Below are positions 1-13,127 of a stretch of DNA of 56,685 nucleotides, piece after piece. Position 1 is the stretch's first letter. Each line of letters starts with the position of its first letter. The notes below the pieces were generated by a model, which was given only the letters and a program-made list of their open reading frames with translations, ran no database searches and had not been told where the DNA came from. Source of the DNA: Catajapyx aquilonaris (lineage: Eukaryota); the NCBI GenBank assembly GCA_000934665.2, contig KZ538646.1, forward strand, positions 1 through 56,685. Direction: 5' to 3'. A program made the position numbers and the translations under genes.

Positions 1-385
1 CGAAAATAACAGGTCAATAGCTGCTTAAATAACAGCTACAAACCAGATCATTAACAGTTATCCCAATATGCACACCGATCGGTTACATCTACCCCCCCCT
101 CACCCTCCCACTTTCCTTACCACCATCTCCCCCTTTCTTGAAATACCCTGCCAAAATTTAACTCCGGGTCCTTTCCCGCCGCACCAAAGCAATTTAAACT
201 TCCACCATTACTCCCCCTCGTATTTCACCATGGCGCTGGCCCACACCCGTTAGCTCATTGCAGACCACTAAAAGTGAGCCAGGGACACACTCTGCTTTTC
301 CAAACAGTTCCTTCCTCACATCAACTACCTCTTACTTGCGGTTTCTATGGATGGTGATGTCTGATTTCTTGTTTTTATGTTTCAG

Positions 386-564
386 GTATCGTGACCAGAA
401 GTTGCTGGATATGGATTCATCCAGGTATGAAGGAGGAACTCAGGAAAATCCGTCCCTCATCATCAAAAATGCGTCCAGAGATGACCAAGGGGCCTACAAG
501 TGCGAGCTCATAAATGAGATTGGGAAAGGAGAGTCGGAGAATGTGGCTTATGTCACTGTTTTCT
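386..564 (+). CDS. Ig-superfamily cell-adhesion protein (neuromusculin-like), first visible exon; C-terminal half of an Ig domain
   Basis: ttcag|G acceptor and T|gtgagt donor; (W)YRDQKLL...SLIIKNASRDDQGAYKCELINEIG contains the Ig D-x-G-x-Y-x-C motif. Upstream exons lie outside the window. Confidence 0.9.
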
Positions 565-2141
565 GTGAGTTTTCTCTTGACTTTTGGAGAGTCGAGTCAG
601 TTGTGCATATCTCAGCTAATATCATTAGGCTGATCTGACCCATGCCTGTGGAGAATCAGGATTGCCTTACGATGTGTGCGCAGGTGTAGAAGTGGATCAT
701 TGGTTGTATTCGATGTGTGACATGCTGCTTGAGTCGCACTGATGATCTTAGTATGGCTATGTGTTCAGGAGAAGGCTATAGTTACATACTGTATAGACTA
801 TTTTTATAGTGCTTGGAACGAAACCCCTAGCCAAGCCATGCCATTACTTGGCCATTGTCCCAAGAATTCAAGCATTGTATTTTTCAAACACCATATGAGC
901 ATAAAAAATCATGCCGGTGAAAGTTCAAAAATATTTGATACGCCAAACGAAAGATTTATTAATTTTCAAAGTTCGAAACTGATACCAGGGACCTATGCAG
1001 ACGTATTACGCGCGTTGTCTAAAAATCCTTTAATTAGGAGACATTGGCCCTTTGAGTATCTTGTAAAAATGAGCTATGCAGTTATAATATTATTCTTCAA
1101 GTGGCAATAATTATACACGTTTTCCAGAAAATTCAGCAAATTTATTTTAGCGCACACTTGGGCCTTTTGAACACACTTTCAGAACGACTCTTTTTAGACA
1201 ATACAGAGAGTCTTTTGATTTTTATCATATTAAAATATTTGGTATCAATTCTCGTCAACAAAAGAGAGGGATATTTTTTACTCATAAAATAGACATTGCG
1301 GTTATAGGCTTAAGTTTGATGGGGCTTATTATTACAATTACTGCATATAATATAGTGGTTGGGTACAAAATTTAGCGCACATTTGCATCGGTGGAAATTT
1401 CGCAGTTGAACTCATCTTCCAATTGTAGCGTGGTAGCCTATACTGTCACACTTGCAGGTGTCTTACTGCAGGTAACTCACTGCTATACACTTGCAGATGA
1501 GGAGACAGGAGCGAAGGAAAAGTAATGTTCGCGAGAAGTTTACAGATACGGATGTGAGAGCGGTACACAGTGTATTGCAAAGTCGTAATCGTCGACCCTC
1601 AATCCCCCCACAACTTTTGAACTGGTAGAGGTAGACCATGAAACATATTGAATTTGAATTACACAGACGCACTCTTAAAATACCTGGTGCATTTGGTTCT
1701 ATGTAATTAACGCTTGTTTGTCATAATGGGTCACGAAATGGTAATTTGTCACACACAGGGAAATCGAAGTAATTTTTCTCTCGAAATTTAATTAATTAAT
1801 CGCCTCCGGTTACACTGCAGCAGCTCTCTGCAATACTGAACCTAACAAGCAAAAATATGTATATTTACTTTTTTTAAAGTCGTTAACCTCGAATCTTCCA
1901 TCGGAAATGTTCCACTTTCCAGATAATCACTCAAAAAGTCAAGTGACAAAAATTCAACAGTTTCTGAGAATTTCTGATAACACAGATGGTGGCTTCACAT
2001 TGTAGTGGCAGCATAATATTCTGTGTGATATTTCTTGTATATAGGACACTGTTTAAATGGGATAACTAATTATTTTTCTTGAGAGATTACTGCTGTACTA
2101 AACATGACACAACAGCATGTAACAAATGATTGTCTTTTCAG

Positions 2142-2335
2142 ACCGACCAAACGTACGTCTGACGATGGAACCGGCACCTCCGGTTAACGAAGTTGAACAT
2201 TTGAACATTACCTTGACTTGCGATGTTGAAGAGGGGAACCCAGAGTATTTGATTGCGGTCCGTTGGTACCTGCAGGGCGACCTTCTTCAAGAACTGCCAG
2301 AATGCAACATTAATGACACAATGTTCGGAGCACAG
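2142..2335 (+). CDS. Ig-superfamily protein exon; N-terminal half of an Ig domain
   Basis: ttttcag|AC and CAG|gtaaat; YRPNVRLTMEP...NITLTCDVEEGNPE...VRWYLQG; phase matches both neighbours. Confidence 0.9.
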
Positions 2336-2436
2336 GTAAATAACCATAATGCTATGTACTGCGTGGCCATGAGTATAGGCCTAAATCTCCCGATTTAGAG
2401 CATTATCTGCCATTCTCTGATATCTATACGTAAAAT

Positions 2437-2592
2437 GGGGAGGTGTGGTGGCCGAGATGGTAACGTCTCGGCTTTCTGAGTGAAAAGTCCCAGGTTCGAT
2501 CCCCGCCTGGGAGTTCCCTGGGAGGGTCTCTGACCTGCACCTTGGAGGTGCCTGGCAACCTAACCTCCTAAAGGTTTAAGACATTGCACCAT
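2437..2592 (+). mobile_element. tRNA-derived SINE family A, 3'-truncated copy
   Basis: A-box (tggccgagatgg) and B-box (ggttcgatccc); homologous to the - strand copy at 23616-23959. Confidence 0.75.
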
Positions 2593-3766
2593 TAGGAGCT
2601 ATCGGATCGGTAATTTCGTTTGGTGCAATCGGAACCCTTCAAGGATTGATTTTGCAGTAACCCATGATAATTTTAGTGTTATTCTTAATAATATTAGCCT
2701 ACAGGAAAAAGTGATACTCAGGGTTTCCTCAATTAGGTCTCCAACCAAGTAAGTTTAAGTTAGTTTTGATTTGCAAATCACAATTTTGCAAAAAAAAAAA
2801 TCAAATCAGCCACAGAATGTGTAGGAGAATTGGAGAATTTTTATACACCTTTTTCTCGCAATGTTGGAAAATTATCAATGTTTGAATTTCTTATTCACGA
2901 AAAGTAATGTTTCATAAAGTGAATGATCTTGCAACACTGTAGTTTGCCAATAACACTTAAAACCGGGAAATTCAATGGGAAACTTAATAATTCGCACAAT
3001 TATCTCTATTAATATAAATAGTAGACACCTCGTCACTTTAAAAATGGCTGATCATTTATCATTTCTGGGAAAATTAAAAACGGAAAATTCTTGAATGCTC
3101 CTAACTTCTGTGTTAATTATTTGAAGTTCACTGACTATCGAGTCAACTTTTTAGCTGGGAATCTAAGTAGGCAAAGATTGGTTTCACTTTTTCACCTAAT
3201 ATATATAATAAACACCACTAAAAATTACTGTAAAGGTCAATTCAAAATCTTTTTTGGGAAAGATTCTTTGGTCACTATAGTAATCATGTCCAGATTTTCA
3301 GCATATTTGTTCTTGGATGTATCCATAATGACGTCCCCGTCACTTTCATTTGTATGAACCTTTGAGTGATTAGATTTATTTATTGAGATAATATAACTCT
3401 AAAAAGCAAGGTGAATAAGCTTCAGTGAAAAATTACTAAAACTGAGGCGAAATGATCCCTTACTGGTACGTCACAGATGACAGGACGTGCAGTGTGTTTC
3501 AAGTATACTCTTAGTTATCGCATGTTTCGTCCAAAGTTGTTATTTTTGTGTAGCTTTTTGCGCCCCGATCTAGGGGGATTATTCCCAGGTATAATCGAAT
3601 ATGTAGCAGTTGCAACCTTGATCGGGTAGCCTACTAAAGAAATAACAGCTTCAGGCGAAATATGCGATAACTGGACTCGAACATATGTACTGTATACATC
3701 AGTACATGAAACACACTATATTCCCACAATGACATGACTCCGTTTGACAAAACATTCCCTTAACAG

Positions 3767-3905
3767 AACGACCTCTGCGACATCGACCCCAGCAAGCTTC
3801 TACTAGAATCAGTAGGACGAAAGTTCCAAGGAAACTATTCCTGCGAAGGAAAGAATGAAGCCGGATGGGGACCACGCTCTCCAGATGAAGAGCTGATAGT
3901 CAAAT
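3767..3905 (+). CDS. Ig-superfamily protein exon; C-terminal half of an Ig domain
   Basis: taacag|AAC and T|gtaagt; NDLCDIDPSKLLLESVGRKFQGNYSCEGKNEAGWGPRSPDEELIVK. Not in the ORF track (no start codon); translated by hand. Confidence 0.9.
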
Positions 3906-4749
3906 GTAAGTAACTATTAGGTTCAAAAATCCCGGCCCTGTTTTGCGCATGCCGTTTGTCAAATAATTTGGCTCCTCGTGCGGTTCCATGGGAGGGGCGA
4001 GGATCAATATTATATGCCGGAGCCTTACACGTACTAAAAAGCCCCCAGGCTGACTTGCACTCTTTGCAGTCATTTTAACACTCATTGTTGCTGTTTCAAA
4101 ATGTTATCAGGTGTTTATTCCGAGTGCGTGAGAGTTTGTCTGCTCCAGATGGTAGTGTTGGTGACCACTGTTGTGATACATGGGACGTTGACCTCGGGTC
4201 ATTTTAATGTGTCCAGAGTCAAAGATCCGGATAAAATGAACGTGAATGATTCGTTGGAAATAGACATGGGGCCGTGGGTGACCATGGGGTCGTCTGAGGT
4301 CACTCTGCCCCTGATGGTGGAATCACCTTTTCACTTGTTAGATAAATGTGTGTGTTAATTTTTGGCATGCTGTTGATTCTTTCAATATGCATGCATGCAC
4401 GCTTAAATTCGCACGCACCATTTATGTGCGTACGTAGGATGAAAGCGATGCATGTTTCTAGACCTTTAGCAAAAGAGAATAAGATATGTAATGTACACCG
4501 GGCAATTGGTTGCTGAATGGTACAGTACAACGAGGACAGTACTGGCTGTGTTGCCAAGTTGTTGCTTTTAAAGATGGCCGCCTACATGGTGACAAGCACG
4601 TGAGTCACTGGTTCGAAACATGGGCCCCACTTGTTGATCACACAAACTGCCTTTCTTAAATGGGTGTTTTGATGTCACTTGGGGTAGGTAAAAAGCATGG
4701 AAAATTTTATGAGCTGGGTTTGTACAGAGTGTTAATTTTTTTTTTACAG

Positions 4750-5016
4750 ATCCCCCTAGTCAGGCCTACCTGAGCTATGAACCACAGCGGGTGGTGAAGG
4801 GGAAGGCTGTGAATCTGACCTGTAGTGTGGAGGATCTGGGCAGGCCGGAGAGTACCAGCTTCCAGTGGATGCGGGGGAACAGGGTCATCAATGATGTGAC
4901 CACAGCCGAGTACATCATCTACCCAGTTACACTTGAGACGAAGTCCAACTTTAGCTGTCAAGCGGTCAACGAGGTCGGAGCAGGCGAGCAGGCTACGGTG
5001 GACATTGATGTTTTAG
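4750..5016 (+). CDS. Ig-superfamily protein exon; one Ig domain
   Basis: tttacag|AT and G|gtaaat; YPPSQAYLSY...VNLTCSVEDLGRP...FQWMR...NFSCQAVNEVG; phase 1-1. Confidence 0.92.
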
Positions 5017-5274
5017 GTAAATTGGCTTTGATTTGAGAATGAGGAAAGGAATGAGGAAGGGGATAGAGTGATGGACAATCCATGCAGATAATGGGGGACT
5101 GTGTAATGTAAATTCTTCGGACATATTTTGAACAAGACAGCCTAATGTTACTCTGCTGGGTTCTCATTCCACGTCATTTTCATGTTTCATCATACTGGCT
5201 GATTCATGTTTCATTATCACAAAACTATTTTAGAACAATATATTCACTCATTGACCTCTACTTTCAATGTGCAG

Positions 5275-5625
5275 CTCCGCCAGCATTTATTGACCGCCTG
5301 CCACCATACCACGGGGCCCTAATGAACTCAGAAGACATCAGCATATCCTGTCGAGTCGAGTGCTTTCCTCTGTGTGAGCTTCAATGGCTCAAGAATGGGA
5401 AAGTGCTAGAGAATTCATCTCATTACACAATCAAGACTAGTACACTGCAGGCTGATCCACGTACCAGCGACTTTATGTCAGTGGTATCAACACTCACTTG
5501 GAACATGTCTGCATGGCCCAACCGACAACTGGATCGAGTATTTGACAACACTAATTACACATGCCAGAGTACAAGCAACAAGGTGGGCCCTGGAGTGAGC
5601 AGCACTACATACTTCCGGGTTGAAT
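5275..5625 (+). CDS. Ig-superfamily protein exon; one Ig domain
   Basis: gtgcag|CT and T|gtgagt; APPAFIDRLP...ISCRVECFPLCELQWLKNG...NYTCQSTSN; phase 1-1. Confidence 0.92.
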
Positions 5626-5736
5626 GTGAGTGCTATCATTGTGAGCTTGTGTTGAGTATGGTGCACTGCTCATTGTTTGCCTGCTAGCATTGCCAATAAT
5701 TGGGATGTTGGCAATAATAACACATTTGTTTTCCAG

Positions 5737-5991
5737 ATCCACCTGAAAATATAAGCATATCGGCCACAAGTTTGAATGTGACTGAAGGCGACACTCCTGA
5801 CAGGGTCACATGCAATGCAAAGGCTTACCCTGAGGCAATATACATGTGGCAATTTAAGGATGAGATCATCTATACTGGTGAAGTACTCTTTCTGGACTAT
5901 CCAATGATGAGAGATAAAAATGGGGAGTATCACTGTATCGCTCAGAACCGGCATGGGAACATTTCTGCAAAGACCAGCATTAATGTGTTGT
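5737..5991 (+). CDS. Ig-superfamily protein exon; one Ig domain
   Basis: ttccag|AT and T|gtaagt; YPPENISIS...VTCNAKAYPEAIYMW...GEYHCIAQNRHG; phase 1-1. Confidence 0.92.
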
Positions 5992-6739
5992 GTAAGTATA
6001 TTTTATCTTTCGTACTGTAATTGCATGAGTTCCTTGTTGATTTTTCACTTTCAGAATTAATACCTTTAATCAACCTTTGGATTAACTAATATATTAAATA
6101 CTTGCTATTAGTAAGGAACCATATCCTCAATGACAGCTTATATCCCCAGCCTCATTACACAGGGTTGTACGAAGTACATTGCCGAAGATGACACCTCCAA
6201 TGATGGGTCAGAGTAAAACTGGCAGGTCCTGATGTGTGTGCATGATTGGAGTGCATAATCGCAACTGGAGCGAGTGACCCATTTTATTCCACCCCATTGT
6301 TGGAGGTGTAAACTTACTGTACCACACAGCATAATGTGATTACCAAAGTTTCAAGTTAAACCACTTGTTATATAAACATGCTTTTTTGGGTCAATGTATA
6401 TTACATGGACAATGTTGTAATGGTGCATTGTAAAAGAGAGTGTTGCAGAAAGAAACCAACAAACTTTTAGGCTGACCATATGTGAGCCAGAGGATCACTT
6501 AATGTAGGAGGTGTCATTTGGTCTCTGCAGCCTAGTTACTAGACTAGTTACCAAGTGACCCCCATTACATCTGGCTCACGCGAGGTTACTATAAAATTTT
6601 GTACGTGTCTCTCTGAAACAATGTAGAAAATTAGTCAAATTGGCATTGAAGAATATATTGGATAATATGCATGCTGGTGGGAAAACTAAATAAGTCTGGT
6701 TTTATTGTTTGTAACGGTGATGACTCTGGGCAATTTCAG

Positions 6740-6991
6740 TCAAGCCAGAATGCTCCATCGCCCAAGAAAAGAATGATGGGAATTTGGTTCTGAGATGTGA
6801 TGTGATGGCCTCTCCAGAAGTGGTGGACTTTTCATGGACCATGAATAATAGCACTCGAGAGGAAAACATTGAGAGTGTGGGATTGAAGAGTTTTCTCACT
6901 CTTAAGTCTAATTCTGAGTACTACGGGACATACTACTGTTCCGCCAATAATTCAATAGGAACATCCATTCCATGTGAAATTGACATTACAG
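6740..6991 (+). CDS. Ig-superfamily protein exon; membrane-proximal Ig domain
   Basis: tttcag|TC and G|gtgcgt; FKPECSI...LRCDVMASPEVVDFSW...YGTYYCSANNSIG...PCEIDIT. Confidence 0.9.
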
Positions 6992-7998
6992 GTGCGTATC
7001 AACTGCTTTTAATTTTAATTTTTTTTCGTCGTCTCAAATGCAAGTGATGCTTAAATAGTGAATATATACTATTGCACTTTATAAGACTAAAATGTGAGAG
7101 ATCCTTGGTGTATTTCAAATTAAGAGACAGAAATGTGTTGTATGAATGCTACAGCACGCCACTTTCACATGTCGCACACACCGCTTATCTTTTTTAAAAT
7201 CTTGATGGTGTTCACAGTCACATGTGGAGCCTAATTACTTTATGTGCAGTGTACTAATGACACAAAAAATGTATTGACATGTCAGGTCATTTAAATTGTA
7301 TTACTGTGTGGAATTTTGTCAAGTTGAAGCTTGTGTGTGAAGCATTTTTCCTGTCGTAACTCAGAGTGCATGCTAAGGTAATGGCAACATGATGACTGGT
7401 TGGCATGCATTTAGTAAAGGTACAGATTTATTCTGAGCAGTCAATGTGACACTTTTTCATAGACACTTCCTTTAACATGTTGCATCTGACTACAAAAGAG
7501 CCACAATTATGTCCTCTGCAGTAATGTTATGAGCACCACTTGCTGCTAAGCTCTTCACATAGCACAAGCTATGTCTAAATATTTGTAGTCCATTTTGTAT
7601 AAGTGCATTTAATGGGCGCACATGAGTTTTAACCATGCATCATCATGTATGTCATTGTCTCTCACTGGGTACTTGTTCTCTGTCTTTGCGTCTTTTTCAC
7701 TCTTTGGCTCATCTCAACATAGCCAGCCAGTTCTTTATCCAGTGGCATGTCACAACTGTTGGTGTCCTGTTGCCTGTCACACACTCACACGCAGCACTAG
7801 ATCTGCCCACATCTTTTTGTCTGTCCATGGCGTGCGTGTTGTCCAGTGGTTTTTTTTTATGAGGGCGTGTTTTTCATTCCTCACAGCACAGACCAGTGAA
7901 CCTGTTTAGTGTTTTGTATCGACATGTTTTTACCTACTTATTACAGTGTGTAACCATCACTTGGCCACTGACCTTAGTTATTCATTTGATGCTTTTAG

Positions 7999-8034
7999 CT
8001 TACCAGGAGAAAAGTAGCAAGTTCAGAGACACAG
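7999..8034 (+). CDS. Candidate 36-nt cassette exon in the extracellular stalk
   Basis: ttttag|CT...ACAG|gtatgg; symmetric phase 1-1 and open (AYQEKSSKFRDT). Confidence 0.45.
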
Positions 8035-10562
8035 GTATGGTGGCTGTGCTAAAACAGAGTGAGCCATAGCCTGCTTAAAAATTATTATTATTTTTGCTTC
8101 TCTCACTGTCAATGTGTTTTCACCTATGTAATATGGCATCTTGAAATTTTAGTGTTGCTAGTTCATTTCAGTGTTAGAACACATCTGGTTGTGTTGAATT
8201 GCCAACTAGTACAAAAGAAAAGATAAACCATGTGCAGGAACTGCTGGTTAGGAGTAGTAATATCAGTCATTGAAAGATGATCTAGTAAGAACAAAGAGTA
8301 TTAGTTACGTTCTTTCACATACAAGCAGCACCATATGCATTACAATTTGAACATCCTTACCCTACGAATGGGGAAACTACCCTACGAGGGGAGAAACTGC
8401 AGTCTGCATCCAGGTTTTTCAGACAAATGTGCCTTTGTGGGTATTGTCACTACTGCAGAGAGCACTTCATTTGATAAGAATGTCATGTTGGAATCCTAGA
8501 ATAATGTGTAACACTTAAGGTAGATCTCACTTTAAATCATATGTGACTGGTATATTGCAGTATTATCATCCTCCCACATCTTATTTACTAGCTCATCACC
8601 TGGACGTCAGTGCCTTAGATTTTGTATCACCCGAGGAAGGAAATGTTTTTGCATTTTTAAAATGGCAATTAAAATATCCAGATTCCTTAACTATCTCTTC
8701 TACCCTTGGCTTGATTTCGAATTGGCCAGCCTTATGAAAAATGGAGGTTGGGAGAAATTCAAATCAATGAAACATTAACTTGTGATTATGACTGCAGTTC
8801 CTTCTTAGGTAATATTTTGCTGTTTCCCCTACTTGGATGACACATGGTAGAACTTAAGACTGGTTGTAATTTTTTATTCTACGTTACAATGTAATTTTAT
8901 ACAAGTTGTGCAACACCACCTCACATAGATGCAAATGATAGCATGGAATATTTGTGACTGTGAAGTCATGAATTGTAGAAAACAATTATCGTATTGTCTG
9001 GGTCATTAATATTCACAACATGGCCGATGACTTCAACTGCAGGGTGGGCGCTGACAAGGTAGAATGTTGCAGTGCATACTTACAGGTTGACATAATGCCA
9101 TGTATGGGAGGCCATGTTCACATCTGTATGATGCCATGTTGAACCAGACACACTTTAAGAGCCTGATGAAGAGCACTCGATTGCATGTACTGTACCGCTT
9201 GCATAACTCCTTATACTAGTACAATTTAAATTCCATACTGAGGGAAGAGTAACAGCCACTAGCATGAATTCACTTAGTGTGAGTTTTAAAAAATTGTTCC
9301 ACTTGCTAGGGTAGTCCATAAATAGAGGAACTACTGTTTGTTAATGTTGCCTTCATCTACGGTCCCAGCCTGTCTCCCAGTGCATGGGGGGGGGGGGGGG
9401 GGGNTACCTCAGGAAACAATATGTTATGGAGCGTTAAAATATGAAGGAGCTCTCATGGGATGTAGCCAGCTAAGACAGGTATATCTGTGAAGTAGGGAGC
9501 TCATTGTTAAATTAGGCAAGTTTTCAGAGAAAAGAACAAACTTAACCATTTGTAACCTAACCTGCCTCATTTAATGGTGCTACTTCCATCAAGAGGATTC
9601 CCAAATTCATAGCATATCCTGCTTTTCATGTGCCAATTACTCCTCTTCTATTCAAGTATTTTGAGAGCAATTCAAACACCTGCATTGTAACACTATTGGT
9701 GTCTTTTTTCCTGAACATTTTGCAGTTTGATGCTCAAGTGATTTCAGATTCAGTTTGCAGGGGCCTTAACAACTTGAGCTCAATTGGCACCATGGGAGTG
9801 GGTGATGGAAAGTTACACATTACCCCATAAAGCATGTCCTGGGAGCATAAAAATTATAGGAAATTATTACAGTCCTCTTGATATTGATGATCATTTAATT
9901 TTCCTTTCATATAATGGTCCTGGTACTGTAGTTTAATAGTAATTATCACTATAATTACTGAAGCCAGATAGTAATAGGCTACCCAGACTCAATTCTAACT
10001 TCATCCCCACTCTGTTCCTGATTAGCATGTGCAGCATACTGTATCATTATATGGGATTACAGGTACTTTAATTATATTGCAACTCAAGGCAAGATTTCAC
10101 ACTATGCATGAAGCTAGGCACCCAGTATACGTAGCTAGGAGTTTGAATGGAAGTGCTTTCATTGCTGCAACATTATGGAAGTTTCTTTATCAACCTGGCA
10201 GTGGTTGTTACCATATTAATTTACGTTGCACATGACGCAGGAATGTTGCAGCTATCAGATGAAATTCTAGTCTTTTCACCTTGATTTAAGTTCACTAATT
10301 GTGTAGTCACTTATTGTTGCGCATGCAGTACAAGGGTAATGAAGTGTACTGTATTGGCAAGATACACAAAGAGATATTTCTGTATGAGGGAATGCAGGCT
10401 TTAACATTGGAGTTACTTTCTTACACTGAGAATGTAATTTTCCTTAGAAAATTTTCAGCTGAGTCTAGCTATGGAAATGTTTTAGTTACATTATTTTGCT
10501 GTGAGACTTTCTGGCTGACAGTGTTTTTCAAGATGTAAATTATGACTTTTTTTTCATTTCAG

Positions 10563-10703
10563 GGATGTCAGGCTTGTTGGACAAACTTGGTGATAACAGC
10601 ATAATCATGATTGGAATAATTATTGGTGGTGCAGTACTGATGCTACTGATCGTGTGTGTCCTCATCATTGTTGTGTGCAGGCGAAGAAGGGCTGAGGATA
10701 AGT
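10563..10703 (+). CDS. Ig-superfamily protein transmembrane exon
   Basis: catttcag|GG and T|gtaagt; GMSGLLDKLGDNSIIMIGIIIGGAVLMLLIVCVLIIVVC followed by the RRRR stop-transfer sequence. Confidence 0.92.
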
Positions 10704-11032
10704 GTAAGTACAAGTACAAGGTAACATGATCATCAAGTGTGTGAGAATAACTTGCTTGAGCTTTGGAAGCTGTGATACTGTATAGTATGTGATAACATGG
10801 CATATGAGGGACAGGAGACTGAAAGGATTAATGTGCATAATATGCATGGTGAATAATGTCATTTTCTCAGCAATTATTAAGGACAGTAATGCTGGAATAT
10901 GTGAGAGGAGAACACCACATGTGTCTAGTTCTTTGTCCTCTGCCTCATATGTGCAGTTTTTTAAAATGTGTGATAACTATAGGCTGTAAAAGCTGATATC
11001 AATGGCATGTGGAGTAGTGATCCATTAGTTAA

Positions 11033-12941
11033 CCCTCTAATGCTGGTGGCTTTATTTTGAAGCTTGGATACATATGGCAGTTTATTGTACATCATTGAAC
11101 AATCATGCGCATGATTTTTGCATAAAGTGATGCTGTCTTATGCAGATGTTTGGTTAGTGTCAATCCTGTGTGACTTGTGACATGAAGCATTAGGCATTGT
11201 CACAGATGTGAGAGAAAAAATTTTGAATGCTAAAAGATGTATTTCCACTGGTGCTGTTAAGGAAGATTCAAATATTATCACTCATCAATAAAGGTGGCTG
11301 TCCCAAGATTATTACCTTGCGTGAAGTATCATCCAAAAGCAGATGTACAGTGTTGGACATAAATTGAGGCATACTGCCAGCGACATTTTCCGAAGCAGCC
11401 GAAGAACGAATCTTGCTCGCCCTGCTTGCAGTATCCTTATCTTCGATTCCTTCTTCTGCCAATTCGGAAAATGTCGCTAGCAATATGCCTCGATTTATGT
11501 CCAACACTGTACCATATTACACATATTGAATGGCATGCCAGCATATAGCAGGGGTGACCAGCAAGCCTGTAAAGTTAAAGTCAGATCATGATGACCCTCC
11601 AAAAAAATATTGAATGGCAACAGTGCTTGGGTTTAGGCCAACTAGGGTAGGTGGAAACCAATACTTCTTATAGGCTTATAGCAGGGGCAGGGGGGGGAGG
11701 GAGGAGGGAGTGGACCTGATAAAAGTAATCCATGAATTTTTAAATGATATCTGTTTTTACATATGAACTCTACTTTTTAAAATGTGCATAGTTTATGTTG
11801 CATGATACTGAAGACAACACATTCACATAGGAATAGCAATAGGGAATCCTATTTTTATATTAGGTGTTTCAACTGAATTACCAGTAAGTGTTAATGAGAT
11901 TTTGGATGTAGTTACTTATTTTTAAGCAGCTACTTTCATATAGTTACTTCTAGTGGTTATTAAAATATCTACTACTACAAATAATAGGCCAAATTGGGCT
12001 GCACTACAAACCTTGATTTTATTTGGCAACTAGAACATTATTCTGATTTTGGTTGCAGCAACTTTCCCTCTCACATATTTTACTTGGCCCAAGTAAGCTA
12101 AGATTTTCCTATGTCATGTCATGTATTGAAAGTAATTAGCCTGTAATTTTAACACTGTGATGAATTATTGAACAGTTACCAGTCAAATCTGTATTCCTTT
12201 TTTCACTTTTCCTCAAAATGTAAATCCTGATTGATGCATTTGTGTCACCTTGCATAGGTATATGAAAATTCCAGCCGTCTGTAAGCAATGACATGCAGCA
12301 TCCTGGACTGGAGATGAAATCTGGAATAATTAAACTTTTTGATCCAGAAATTGATTGGAAAAACATTGAATGGCATCACCTGTCATCCATGATAAAAGAA
12401 GCCAAAAAAAATAGGTCTCCACACATATGCCACTGTTTACAAAATGCTGGTAGTGACTTCTGCCACAAGGGGGATTTTCCCATTCATATGAAAGTAGGCA
12501 ATGCATTGATTAGGAGGTAGATTTTGTGGGTATGAATAGAAAGGACTGAAGATTTTAGTGGTGAGTGGTGCATTGCTGGGCAACAATATATTCACGTTAA
12601 TGTTAAGTTAAGGACAGTATGGCCCGTGAATAATAAAATCATCAGCCTGTCAGGAACCTATATGTAAAAGGAACTCCTTTTTGATATTTGCACTGATAAT
12701 TCATCTGTGGAAGTTCATCTTAAGTGATCAGTTCAGTGCTTCGCTGTTAAGGTACATAAGTCATTTTCTGTGTACTGCCATTAGTAAAAGACAAATGTGA
12801 TAAATACCTGTATCTATGCTTGTTTTAATGGAAGTTATAAATTGTCTCTAATAAGGACATTTAATGAATATGCTGTGTATTCTTAAAATATGCAGATTGA
12901 TGATCAATGTATATTATGGATATCACCTAGGCATTAGAGTG
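11033..12941. mobile_element. Old piggyBac-like element
   Basis: TTAA|ccctctaatgc ... gcattagagtg|TTAA (one mismatch); + strand ACQEPICKRNS near 12645-12680 resembles the piggyBac Cys-rich tail. Confidence 0.5.
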
Positions 12942-13093
12942 TTAAATATTTTGAAGAATGCCATGCTTTTTGTGCTTGTTTTGTCGACTAGCTAAAAAAT
13001 GTAATAGTCAACAATTTAATAGCCGATGTTTTGTGTGGAGGCTGGTTGTGATTTTGTACTTTTCTAACAACTGACATTACTTCCACCTTATAG

Positions 13094-13127
13094 ACAATAA
13101 TCCAGTGGAGATGGAGGAGAGAGAAAA
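13094..13127 (+). CDS. 34-nt juxtamembrane cytoplasmic exon
   Basis: ttatag|AC and AA|gtaagt; YNNPVEMEERE(N); its phase 1-to-2 change is what links the TM exon to the exon at 19161. Confidence 0.75.

Noticed and set aside
742..1292. ORFs of 122 and 63 aa in the first visible intron
   Set aside because: AT-rich, with no recognisable domain or fitting splice phases; probably decayed repeat sequence.
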